A stretch of 19,664 nt of DNA from Leptolyngbyaceae cyanobacterium (GTDB lineage Bacteria; Cyanobacteriota; Cyanobacteriia; Phormidesmidales; Phormidesmidaceae), in contig CBDHHL010000012.1 of the NCBI GenBank assembly GCA_965263355.1, forward strand, positions 1-19,664. Reading direction: 5' to 3'. The notes beneath the pieces are model-generated. The model was not told the DNA's origin, did no database searches, and worked only from the letters and a program-made list of their open reading frames with translations. Positions 8,910 to 15,472 of the stretch are shown in pieces. Made by a program: the position numbers and the translations under genes. Within the stretch, counting starts at the first letter, position 1. Each line of letters starts with the position of its first letter.

Positions 8910-9619
8910 CAAGTTTGAGGCTCGATGCGGTTAACAGCACCAGAGATGGTGAAAGTCGTGTCTGCACCAACATTGGACCCATCCTGAGCATTGGAGGTTA
9001 ACCCCGTCAGGATTGCGATCGCCCAGTCGATAGGGCCTGTAGTAAACACGCTGCCATCGGGTGATGGCAATTCTCGCTCAATATATAACTTCTGGTTGTT
9101 GTCTTTGGCGTACTTAGCAGTAGCTACAAACGCGTCATAGTAGTTGTAGCCACCATTAACGGTTAATGTTCCTGAGCCCTCCCCGATGCTCACATCAGAA
9201 GTGCTGTGATCGAATGAGCTAAACGCTGTAGTCGCGACAGTCTCGGCTAAATCCGCTGACTGCCTGATTCTGCCTACGACTGGAAATACAGCTGTAGACC
9301 CTGTTGGGATAGTCTCATTAGCTGTTAGTTCAAGGCTAGTCCCTGCTGCGTTGTACAGAGTACGGACTTGGGCTAAGACAGAGGTTCCAGCAGGAGCAAC
9401 AAACTCAAGCCATTGCCCAACCTGGACAACGCTGTTGATGGCGGCTGACAACGTAGCTGTAACTGACTCAGCGGTTCCCTCGGTCGTGACATCCGTTGAG
9501 CCTGATGTGGTGAACGTTCCAGCTACGGGTCTAGCTGTGCTTCCCGTTGGGATAAGTGCACATCGAGGAATAACATTTTTTGCTTGGGGCGGAGTGAACG
9601 GTTGTCCAGCAGCAGGCAT
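8909..9619 (-). CDS. Major tail (tube) protein (236 aa)
   Basis: AGGAG RBS; Thr/Gly/Ala-rich; C-terminal tube-like pattern (GSGTLTVNG...AILTGLTSNAQDGSNVGADTTFTISG); upstream of the chaperones and tape measure. Confidence 0.85.
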   Translation of the reverse strand: MPAAGQPFTPPQAKNVIPRCALIPTGSTARPVAGTFTTSGSTDVTTEGTAESVTATLSAAINSVVQVGQWLEFVAPAGTSVLAQVRTLYNAAGTSLELTANETIPTGSTAVFPVVGRIRQSADLAETVATTAFSSFDHSTSDVSIGEGSGTLTVNGGYNYYDAFVATAKYAKDNNQKLYIERELPSPDGSVFTTGPIDWAIAILTGLTSNAQDGSNVGADTTFTISGAVNRIEPQT

Positions 9620-9631
9620 GATTAATTTCTC

Positions 9632-9886
9632 CTATTTATGGTCAAAACTAGAAAACGTTGGAGTTTGAGTCTGAGTAGGCTGGGTTTGCGCTATTGAAGC
9701 TTGATTCAAGGGCAGGCAAGCGGTAGCTCCCTCAGGGATATCTTTTAGAGCAATAATTCTGAGTAAGTTCGATACTGGCAAAAGCTCAATGCTAGCTGTC
9801 GCGATAAGTTGCCCTGTAGTTGGGTCTAAAAATCCTAAAACCAAGGTTGGGTCTGTAATTTCTTTGTTTTGCGGCTGTGATGGCAT
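9632..9886 (-). CDS. Hypothetical protein (84 aa) in the tail operon
   Basis: Fills the gap between two coupled genes (2 nt after the upstream stop; its stop lies at the tail tube RBS). Gln/Thr/Pro linker ending FSSFDHK. Confidence 0.7.
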   Translation of the reverse strand: MPSQPQNKEITDPTLVLGFLDPTTGQLIATASIELLPVSNLLRIIALKDIPEGATACLPLNQASIAQTQPTQTQTPTFSSFDHK

Positions 9887-9888
9887 AG

Positions 9889-10332
9889 CTAAGACCTCGC
9901 GTTTTGAATGATTTCGAAACTTTGTTGCTCAACTGACTGAATCCCAGCGTTCCTAACGATGCGTGGCCCTACAACGTCAATTAAGCTTGTTAATTCCTGT
10001 AGCAAAAGAGACCGCGCAGTTTTTACCGTGCTAGATAGGTCAAACTGCTTCAGCGTGATCCGTGTAGTGTGAGTTAGGAAATAGTCGCCAGGGGTCACCA
10101 ACGGCTGAATATTGCTATCAATCTCTGGCTCAATTACACATTCAAGCCCAGTGTGCTTAACAGGCTTTTGCTCCCAGGCTTTTCCGCCAACAGTTTTTAC
10201 ACTGCCATCATCGACAGTGAGCGCCTGGACCGTAACCTCTCTCCCACCCCGAACCATATATGTTTTGGTCCCTAACTCGCTGGCCAGTGCTGTTGCTATT
10301 CGGCTGCGGAGTTCTTGTAGGGTAATACTCAC
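9889..10332 (-). CDS. Putative tail terminator / tail completion protein (147 aa)
   Basis: GTGA overlap with the upstream gene; size and position between the gp10-like gene and the tail tube. Synteny-based. Confidence 0.55.
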   Translation of the reverse strand: MSITLQELRSRIATALASELGTKTYMVRGGREVTVQALTVDDGSVKTVGGKAWEQKPVKHTGLECVIEPEIDSNIQPLVTPGDYFLTHTTRITLKQFDLSSTVKTARSLLLQELTSLIDVVGPRIVRNAGIQSVEQQSFEIIQNARS

Positions 10333-10730
10333 GCATACCTCCTGACGCTATCGCCAAATAACTCAGTAGGGTCTGTAATTTTATGGGCTTCTGCTACTGG
10401 GTTGCGGGCGGGGAAGCTGTTCCCTGCAGTGGTTGTATAGCCAAAAAAGATTTGTGGGGCATAGTCCACACTGCCCCCTCCCCAGCTAAATTCCGCTAAG
10501 AATGGATTAATGAATCGATATTCTTGAGAGTCGCGGAATGCCCCCAGATCAACGATATTTCTAGTTGTCCCAGCGCGTTCTCCTGACCGTCGGAGTGTTT
10601 CCCCTGGCCATCCATAGCGAGGGGATTCGATGGCAGTCGTATACGCCTGATCAAGTTCGCGGGCTGTGTCCTTCAGTCCGCTAATCAGTGCATTGTAAAT
10701 AGCTGGTTGATTGATTAGTACAGTAGCCAT
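10329..10730 (-). CDS. HK97 gp10-like tail completion / neck protein (133 aa)
   Basis: Motifs RNIVDLGAFRDSQ and VDYAPQIFFG...FPARN resemble the gp10 VDTGxLRxS / YAxxVExG...PARP pattern. Confidence 0.7.
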   Translation of the reverse strand: MATVLINQPAIYNALISGLKDTARELDQAYTTAIESPRYGWPGETLRRSGERAGTTRNIVDLGAFRDSQEYRFINPFLAEFSWGGGSVDYAPQIFFGYTTTAGNSFPARNPVAEAHKITDPTELFGDSVRRYA

Positions 10731-10769
10731 GAGTACAGCATGGCTGAAGATCCTGCCATTAAGTTAAAA

Positions 10770-10786
10770 TTCCAGATATCCTGGAA
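10770..10786. promoter_or_regulatory. Palindrome TTCCAG-N5-CTGGAA between the divergent tail operon and the + strand genes; candidate operator
   Basis: Perfect 6-bp inverted repeat in the 63-bp divergent gap (assuming the + gene starts at 10794). Confidence 0.35.
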
Positions 10787-10793
10787 AATCGCA

Positions 10794-11132
10794 ATGGCTA
10801 ACAAAGAGATTAGAGCGACCGGACTATCTGACGCGGTATGCGATCGCTGGCAGCAAATATCAGACCTCGTAGGCGGGAGTACTAATAGCGCAACGATGAC
10901 TGCTGTTGTTAATCTCATTTATCTGCTGTATTTCTCTAGTCGATGGGAGGATGTCCAGCGGAAAGCAGCCATGCTGATAACAGCACAGTGGGCCAACAGA
11001 AACCAAGAAATTGTCCCAATGCATCCGTCAGAAGTGAAGCGGATTTCTATGGATGCGAACAAGACGCTGGTCTATACTCTCGGGCAAGGGGAGCCCTATG
11101 TACTGAGCAATGAAGCATGGGAAAGGGGTTGA
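10794..11132 (+). CDS. Hypothetical protein, possibly N-terminal ribbon-helix-helix DNA-binding (112 aa; alternative start 10740)
   Basis: MANKEIRATGLSDAVCDRWQQISDLVGGSTNSATMTAVVNL fits a strand-helix-G-helix pattern. The 10740 start would leave only 9 bp to the divergent ATG. Confidence 0.55.
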   Translation: MANKEIRATGLSDAVCDRWQQISDLVGGSTNSATMTAVVNLIYLLYFSSRWEDVQRKAAMLITAQWANRNQEIVPMHPSEVKRISMDANKTLVYTLGQGEPYVLSNEAWERG

Positions 11133-11161
11133 ATTAAGCCACGACTAAATAGGATAAAACC

Positions 11162-11563
11162 ATGACTTGGATTGCCAAAAACACAGGCGCAACCGCCGTC
11201 GATATCACATTCCGATTAGCCAGAGCGATCTCTGACGATGGCGAAGGTGGCGCACCGTCTGGCTCTAGTTCGTTGGTCATCCCAGTGCGCCTAGTGCCAA
11301 TCACTGGGGCGAATGACGCTAACAACATCATCCAAAACCAATTCCCTGGAGCAAATACCTATGACTATCTGTTCTGGGGCTGGATAAACGATAGACGGAA
11401 TTATAAATTCCCCAAAGAACTTAGGCAGCAGCAACGGCCTATCGGGGAATGCACACTCCCTGACCTAGGCAGTGGTCGAATTGAGTGCAGTATTGGCCTA
11501 TACAATCCAACCGCAGCTCAGAAGATCGGGGAAAAGTTCACAGCAATCTGGACTAGGGCTTAA
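11162..11563 (+). CDS. Possible head-closure / head-tail joining protein (133 aa), inverted relative to the tail operon
   Basis: AGGA RBS. Beta-rich pattern (ITFRLA...IPVRL...FPGANTYDYLFWG...IGEKFTAIW) resembles cyanobacterial prophage head-closure proteins as I recall them; function uncertain. Confidence 0.55.
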   Translation: MTWIAKNTGATAVDITFRLARAISDDGEGGAPSGSSSLVIPVRLVPITGANDANNIIQNQFPGANTYDYLFWGWINDRRNYKFPKELRQQQRPIGECTLPDLGSGRIECSIGLYNPTAAQKIGEKFTAIWTRA

Positions 11564-11622
11564 TACTCATCAAGCCAATAAGCCTTAGCCATGCTATTAT
11601 TCCTTTAAGATATTTGCTTGAC

Positions 11623-11657
11623 AAAGCACCGTTTGGCTTCTCCCCTGACGGCGCTTT
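11623..11657 (-). terminator. Hairpin / likely terminator directly after the 11658..12233 gene (may be bidirectional)
   Basis: Minus strand AAAGCGCCGU...ACGGUGCUUU, a 10-bp stem with one G-U pair, between convergent genes. Confidence 0.6.
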
Positions 11658-12233
11658 TTATTTTAGATTCGCTTTGGTTGCTCCTAGATTAAATATCGTT
11701 TTTTCTATGCCTACAACCTCACTTTTGGGAAGCAGGAACCACTCACCATCTTGTCGATATTGGCTAAATTGCTCATGAGCCAAGTTTTCTAGTTCGCCCA
11801 TATCGCCGCACTGAATTGCGACCAACAAGGTTACCTTGTCCCGCCTTTGATTGTTTATCGCTTGCGCCCTCTTTTTTGGGTTTTTGCTTGAGCCAATTTT
11901 ATAAAGACCTGTTCCGCTTTCCTCTAGCACATAAACAAACCCTGGCTTCCCCCTTTGGGCAAGTGTTGGTCTTGGAAGTTTGCTCCATTCAGGGATTAGC
12001 CCTGCAGCGATTAGTTCGTTTAGCCCATTCTTGCACGACTCTTTCCCAGCAGGCGAGCACTGGCCGAGGTGGTCAATGACATCGCCCTTTGTTTTTGTCA
12101 GCAGGTCCGGCTTAGAGAGAATGTAGGCCATCATCCCCCGAGCTTTAAGTGAAAGATTCTTCTGTCGGATCAGCTCATTACTTATGGCCGTCCCGCCGTC
12201 ACCTACCGGATATCCAAGTTGTGTTATATTCAT
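11658..12233 (-). CDS. Fusion of a replication-protein-type HTH N-terminus and a T5orf172/MUG113 (GIY-YIG-like) domain
   Basis: N-terminus ISNELIRQKNLSLKARGMMAYILSKPD; C-terminus GFVYVL...LYKIGSSKNPKKR...LENLAHEQF...GEWF. AGGA spacing favours ATG 12233 over 12242. Confidence 0.8.
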   Translation of the reverse strand: MNITQLGYPVGDGGTAISNELIRQKNLSLKARGMMAYILSKPDLLTKTKGDVIDHLGQCSPAGKESCKNGLNELIAAGLIPEWSKLPRPTLAQRGKPGFVYVLEESGTGLYKIGSSKNPKKRAQAINNQRRDKVTLLVAIQCGDMGELENLAHEQFSQYRQDGEWFLLPKSEVVGIEKTIFNLGATKANLK

Positions 12234-12256
12234 AGGTAGCATTCCTATTGATTATC

Positions 12257-12299
12257 AAAAGCACCGAGCACATGGGCCGCTAACCCGCTCGGTGCTTTT
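12257..12299 (-). promoter_or_regulatory. Long leader hairpin upstream of the T5orf172-domain gene
   Basis: Perfect 13-bp arms AAAAGCACCGAGC / GCTCGGTGCTTTT with an inner GGG-ccgctaa-CCC hairpin. Confidence 0.65.
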
Positions 12300-12322
12300 A
12301 TTTTAGCCTATTTGCATTGCCG

Positions 12323-12508
12323 ATGAATCGCGTACGTCTCCCCGATTCCCCAGGTCCACGACGCAACAGTAGGCCTAGGCCACGGTATGGCACGGTGAAG
12401 CCTCCCCCATGGTCGATGCCTGGTTATTTGTTCGTCGAGAAGCCTGAGGGTGGTTGCTGGTGGGTTAGAGAGGATACTTGTGAGAGAGAAGAGCCGTCAA
12501 GTTTTTAG
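12323..12508 (+). CDS. Possible small hypothetical protein (61 aa)
   Basis: Only sizeable ORF in this gap; ends inside the 12492-12519 hairpin; no clear RBS. Confidence 0.3.
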   Translation: MNRVRLPDSPGPRRNSRPRPRYGTVKPPPWSMPGYLFVEKPEGGCWWVREDTCEREEPSSF

Positions 12509-12519
12509 GCTCGACGGCT
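12492..12519 (-). terminator. Hairpin with CCUAAAAA loop, copy 1 (downstream of the RHH gene)
   Basis: Minus strand AGCCGUCGAG-CCUAAAAA-CUUGACGGCU followed by a pyrimidine run. Confidence 0.7.
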
Positions 12520-12546
12520 GATGATTTGATTCAGTTGGTTTTTGCT

Positions 12547-12732
12547 CTAGGGAGACAGATAGGCCGAGAGCAAGTCATTTATGAGCTGGCTAAGGCTTAA
12601 TCCCAGCTCGGCAGCCTTGTCTGCCGCTTCAGTCTTTAGCCCTACGTCCAGCATGACGTTAGTCCGTTGCCTGGGCTCGTCTCCCAATGGCTTTGCCCCG
12701 GCGTTGCGGGGATTGCGGGGTTTTGTGGTCAT
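12547..12732 (-). CDS. Ribbon-helix-helix (CopG/Arc-like) transcriptional regulator (61 aa)
   Basis: RTNVMLDVGLKTEAADKAAELGLSLSQLINDLL is a clear RHH pattern, preceded by NPRNAGAKP. ATG 12732 is 1 nt after the upstream TAA. Confidence 0.85.
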   Translation of the reverse strand: MTTKPRNPRNAGAKPLGDEPRQRTNVMLDVGLKTEAADKAAELGLSLSQLINDLLSAYLSP

Positions 12733-12733
12733 A

Positions 12734-13042
12734 TTAGAACTGAATTTCAAACTGGTTACCCCTGTTATATAGTTCTGGTATTAGCCAGGAATTTTCATCT
12801 GGGTTTAGCCCCAGATTGCTAAAAGCCATGTCAACGGCTTCGTAGAACTCGCAATCCCTGAATACAGAAGATTTCCAGTATGTGGCACCCCTCTTCTGTT
12901 CAATGCAGTTTTGGACAATCTGTGAAAGTTTTTCGCAGCCCTCGTCGCCCCATGCAGTTGAGCGGAGCAGTGTTTGTTCCTTCGAAGAGAGCTTTTCTGT
13001 CTGCCTCTCTGCAATTTTTGATTCCCAAAAGTCGTTATCCAT
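12734..13042 (-). CDS. Small acidic hypothetical protein (102 aa), co-transcribed with the RHH gene
   Basis: ATG start, own promoter region, coupled to the RHH gene. Confidence 0.75.
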   Translation of the reverse strand: MDNDFWESKIAERQTEKLSSKEQTLLRSTAWGDEGCEKLSQIVQNCIEQKRGATYWKSSVFRDCEFYEAVDMAFSNLGLNPDENSWLIPELYNRGNQFEIQF

Positions 13043-13077
13043 TTTTAGTAATTCCGTTGCCTCTTAACTACCCTTTT

Positions 13078-13108
13078 AATTTAGCACACACCTAATTAAT
13101 TGTGTGTG
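13078..13108 (-). promoter_or_regulatory. Extended -10 promoter (TGcTAAATT) overlapped by inverted repeat CACACAC-N10-GTGTGTG; candidate RHH operator
   Basis: -10 at 13083-13078; inverted-repeat arms at 13085-13091 and 13102-13108. Confidence 0.6.
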
Positions 13109-13129
13109 TATATATATGGATAAAAAGAC

Positions 13130-13159
13130 AAACCGCCAAGTTTTTAGGCTCGGCGGTTT
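13130..13159 (-). terminator. Hairpin with CCUAAAAA loop, copy 2; Rho-independent terminator
   Basis: Minus strand AAACCGCCGAG-CCUAAAAA-CUUGGCGGUUU then GUCUUUUU. Confidence 0.75.
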
Positions 13160-13308
13160 TTGAGGTTTTTCAAACTAAAAAGATCCCCTGGCTTGGCTTA
13201 TACGGTCGACATCAGTTTTGCGATCGCGATACTAGCAGGTCTGGCTCCACGAATAACATTGACCGCCATTGGGTCAGTCAATAGGCGGTTTAGTCACAAA
13301 TACACAGT

Positions 13309-13572
13309 TCAAATCGAACGAAAATCGCACTGGTTATCATTAACTTCCACTAAAGCAGATTTAGCGCCAAACGCAATAGCCGCTTTCACTAGGTTGATTA
13401 CCTCCGTATCTTCGCATTGAGATTGCCCGTACTTAACCGCATAAGCATCCCAAGCTTTTTGAAAATTGCACCCGTCGTTGTATTGTTCGCACCAAGACTG
13501 GAAATTATCTTCGGCAATCTCTTCAGGATTGTACGAGTCATTTAGAATGGAGATCCATCTAACTTTACTCAT
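13309..13572 (-). CDS. Small acidic hypothetical protein (87 aa)
   Basis: Strong GGAGGTG RBS before ATG 13572. Confidence 0.8.
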   Translation of the reverse strand: MSKVRWISILNDSYNPEEIAEDNFQSWCEQYNDGCNFQKAWDAYAVKYGQSQCEDTEVINLVKAAIAFGAKSALVEVNDNQCDFRSI

Positions 13573-13630
13573 AACACCTCCAAATGGGTTTTATTTTCAC
13601 TCTATCTCGCAGACCCTTCTCCTGTATTTT

Positions 13631-13900
13631 TTATCTTCCATGACTGAATCCATTGATGTAAATTTCTTCAATTAACGGGAACGCCAGTAGACCGTCCCTA
13701 ACAACAGCTTGCATGGCAGTATTTAGCCATGCCTCTTGATCGATTGACTCATGCTTTTGCTCGTCCCCCAGCGCTGTAAGCAGCCCAGTGAACTGATAAG
13801 CAAGACCTTCAGGCATTTCAAGTTGAAGTGTTGCAGCCAGAGCCTTCACGTTCTCAACAGCCTCACTGGATGGGAACTTGAAAGAATAATTTATTTCCAT
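13631..13900 (-). CDS. Hypothetical protein (89 aa; start MEINYSF)
   Basis: AGGAG RBS just before ATG 13900, which fits better than the track's TTG at 13948. Confidence 0.75.
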   Translation of the reverse strand: MEINYSFKFPSSEAVENVKALAATLQLEMPEGLAYQFTGLLTALGDEQKHESIDQEAWLNTAMQAVVRDGLLAFPLIEEIYINGFSHGR

Positions 13901-13948
13901 TTTTCTCCTAAGTATTTTTCTTTTCTTGACTAGCTGCGTCCAGGGCAA

Positions 13949-14215
13949 CTAATCAACATCGCCAGAAGTCTTTTGTGTAAAGCCTTTTATTGGCATAATG
14001 ATCACTTCTGGACTAGTTCCGGCCTGTTCTTCAAGCATATAGGCAAACTCTATTATTGAGGTGAATTGGGCATTGGGAAGCTTGGCTTCTTTGGCGGCAA
14101 AGCCTTGCCTGGTGAGGTTTAGCGCTCTAGCTGCGTCTGCGTCAACCGGGAATTCTATTTCCCTCCATTCAATCAGCATGTTTGGTAGTGATTCAAGGAA
14201 TTCACTTAGTTTCAT
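13949..14215 (-). CDS. Putative XRE/Cro-like helix-turn-helix regulator (88 aa)
   Basis: DADAARALNLTRQGFAAKE fits an HTH pattern; transcribed divergently from the promoter array. Start is ATG 14215 or TTG 14221. Confidence 0.65.
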   Translation of the reverse strand: MKLSEFLESLPNMLIEWREIEFPVDADAARALNLTRQGFAAKEAKLPNAQFTSIIEFAYMLEEQAGTSPEVIIMPIKGFTQKTSGDVD

Positions 14216-14240
14216 AGTCAAGCTTATTACTTACATCTGG

Positions 14241-14269
14241 ACTATAGCAAAGTAAAATTAATTTTGCAA
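14241..14269 (-). promoter_or_regulatory. Leftward sigma70-type promoter for the HTH operon
   Basis: Minus strand TTGCAA-17 nt-TATAGT with TGn extension. Confidence 0.75.
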
Positions 14270-14271
14270 AT

Positions 14272-14314
14272 AGTCAGGAAAACACTTGACACTTAAAAAT
14301 AAAAAAGGCATATT
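14272..14314 (+). promoter_or_regulatory. Operator/promoter P1 (type A)
   Basis: AGTCAG-N8-TTGACA (14272-14291), then 17 nt and CATATT (14309-14314). Confidence 0.75.
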
Positions 14315-14404
14315 TGTTAGTAACAAAGCGAAACGGGTAACCGCTAAGCGCAAACTTCCTAGAAGAACTTAGTCGCCAACCGCTAGCAAATATATTAAGG
14401 AGAA

Positions 14405-14722
14405 ATGATTATGCGTCCTTCTGATTTTCGTCAGTCTAACCAGTTGCTTTTTTTGCAGCAAATGCCCGAATTAAAGGCTCTTGCAGAAAATCAAAACTTT
14501 CAACTCAAGGCCGTTGGCACTAACTGCATTGAGATTGTTGGCACAAGATACGGAGTTAACTGGATTGGTCAGCCAGGATATGAGCTTTTCTTTGAAGTGG
14601 TTACAAACTACACCAAAGACAGATCATGGCAACCCCTACGAAATCAAGTCAACGGAACTCTTAAAGAGTGCTTTGATTCTGCTATTAAAAAGTACCGCTA
14701 CTGGCAATCTAAGTCAGCCTAA
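14405..14722 (+). CDS. Hypothetical protein (105 aa), cassette 1
   Basis: AAGGAG RBS; own promoter and terminator. Confidence 0.85.
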   Translation: MIMRPSDFRQSNQLLFLQQMPELKALAENQNFQLKAVGTNCIEIVGTRYGVNWIGQPGYELFFEVVTNYTKDRSWQPLRNQVNGTLKECFDSAIKKYRYWQSKSA

Positions 14723-14728
14723 CCCGCT

Positions 14729-14769
14729 AACCCCGCTAACCACACCCCGGTTAGCGGGGTTCTTTTTTT
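14729..14769 (+). terminator. Rho-independent terminator, repeat B copy 1
   Basis: 13-bp stem AACCCCGCTAACC / GGTTAGCGGGGTT followed by CTTTTTTT. Confidence 0.9.
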
Positions 14770-14811
14770 GTCAATAAATTACTTGACACTTGAAAAGCTA
14801 TCGTTTAGTAT
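14769..14811 (+). promoter_or_regulatory. Operator/promoter P2 (type B)
   Basis: TGTCAA-taaattac-TTGACA (14769-14788), then 17 nt and TAGTAT (14806-14811). Confidence 0.8.
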
Positions 14812-14835
14812 TTGAAGTGTAATTGAGGTCGAGTA

Positions 14836-15330
14836 ATGGCAAAAGTATTTAAAGTCAAAACACAAATCCCACCTAGACAACTTGGGTTAGTGGGCGATAG
14901 ATCGTGGAAAGAATCCGAAAATCTTTTCTATGCGATTGATTTCATTCAGGCTAAAGACCAAAAAGAAGCCATGGAGATCGCGGCTAAGTATGGAGCGATA
15001 GTTTCAGTGGAGGAAACAACCATCAAGCCGAAATCAAAAAGGCAGCAAGCCATAGAAAGCCTACTGTCTGTCAATTCGGCACAAGAAAAAACATGGCACG
15101 AATTTGTATGTGAGTACCTAGTCCTTGTGACTGGGCTTAAGAAAAATAGAGATCTTGTAAGTGGCTACCAGCTGAAGAAAAACAAAAAAGGATATTCAAT
15201 CCGTTGGGGCGGAAGAGACATCATGCTAAATGATATGGCTGCTGATGTTGCTTATTCTTTTTGTTTGCGACATGGACTATCGTACTTTGTCAGGGAAGCC
15301 GAAAATTACAGGATGGATTTATTAGCCTGA
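14836..15330 (+). CDS. Basic hypothetical protein (164 aa), cassette 2
   Basis: GAGGT RBS; follows P2. Confidence 0.85.
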   Translation: MAKVFKVKTQIPPRQLGLVGDRSWKESENLFYAIDFIQAKDQKEAMEIAAKYGAIVSVEETTIKPKSKRQQAIESLLSVNSAQEKTWHEFVCEYLVLVTGLKKNRDLVSGYQLKKNKKGYSIRWGGRDIMLNDMAADVAYSFCLRHGLSYFVREAENYRMDLLA

Positions 15331-15335
15331 TTTTT

Positions 15336-15379
15336 TGTCAAGTAATTTCTTGACATCTGAAAATAAAAAAAGGCATACT
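15336..15379 (+). promoter_or_regulatory. Operator/promoter P3 (type A)
   Basis: TGTCAAG-taattt-CTTGACA (15336-15355), then 18 nt and CATACT (15374-15379); about 50 bp similar to P1. Confidence 0.8.
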
Positions 15380-15472
15380 TATTAGTAACAAAGCAAGCAG
15401 GGCATGCACCGGCTCCCCCGAAAGGACATAGCCGAAAAAGCCTGAGCAGCATAATTAAAAAGGAGCTACACG

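Noticed and set aside
65..10345. Plus-strand ORFs over the tail operon (e.g. 1288..1668, 5425..5904, 6752..7303, 9351..9668)
   Set aside because: They lie antisense to tightly coupled structural genes, lack RBSs, and their composition mirrors the opposite strand's codon bias.
1..10730. Contractile injection system or R-type tailocin
   Set aside because: No sheath or wedge (gp25/J-like) genes are recognisable; gene order fits a non-contractile tail.
10725..10745. Inverted repeat AGCCATG-N7-CATGGCT as an inversion site
   Set aside because: Explained by two opposing ATGGCT sequences; I found no convincing partner site or invertase.
12323..12508. NusG/RfaH-like antiterminator suggested by PGYLFVE
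   Set aside because: Only a 7-residue match in a 61-aa Pro/Arg-rich ORF; the rest of the NGN and KOW domains is absent.
14325..14385. c-di-GMP-I riboswitch or hammerhead ribozyme in the P1 leader (GCGAAAC...GUAA...CGCAAA)
   Set aside because: The tetraloop stem is too short and no receptor helix is evident for the riboswitch; there is no CUGANGA core for a hammerhead.
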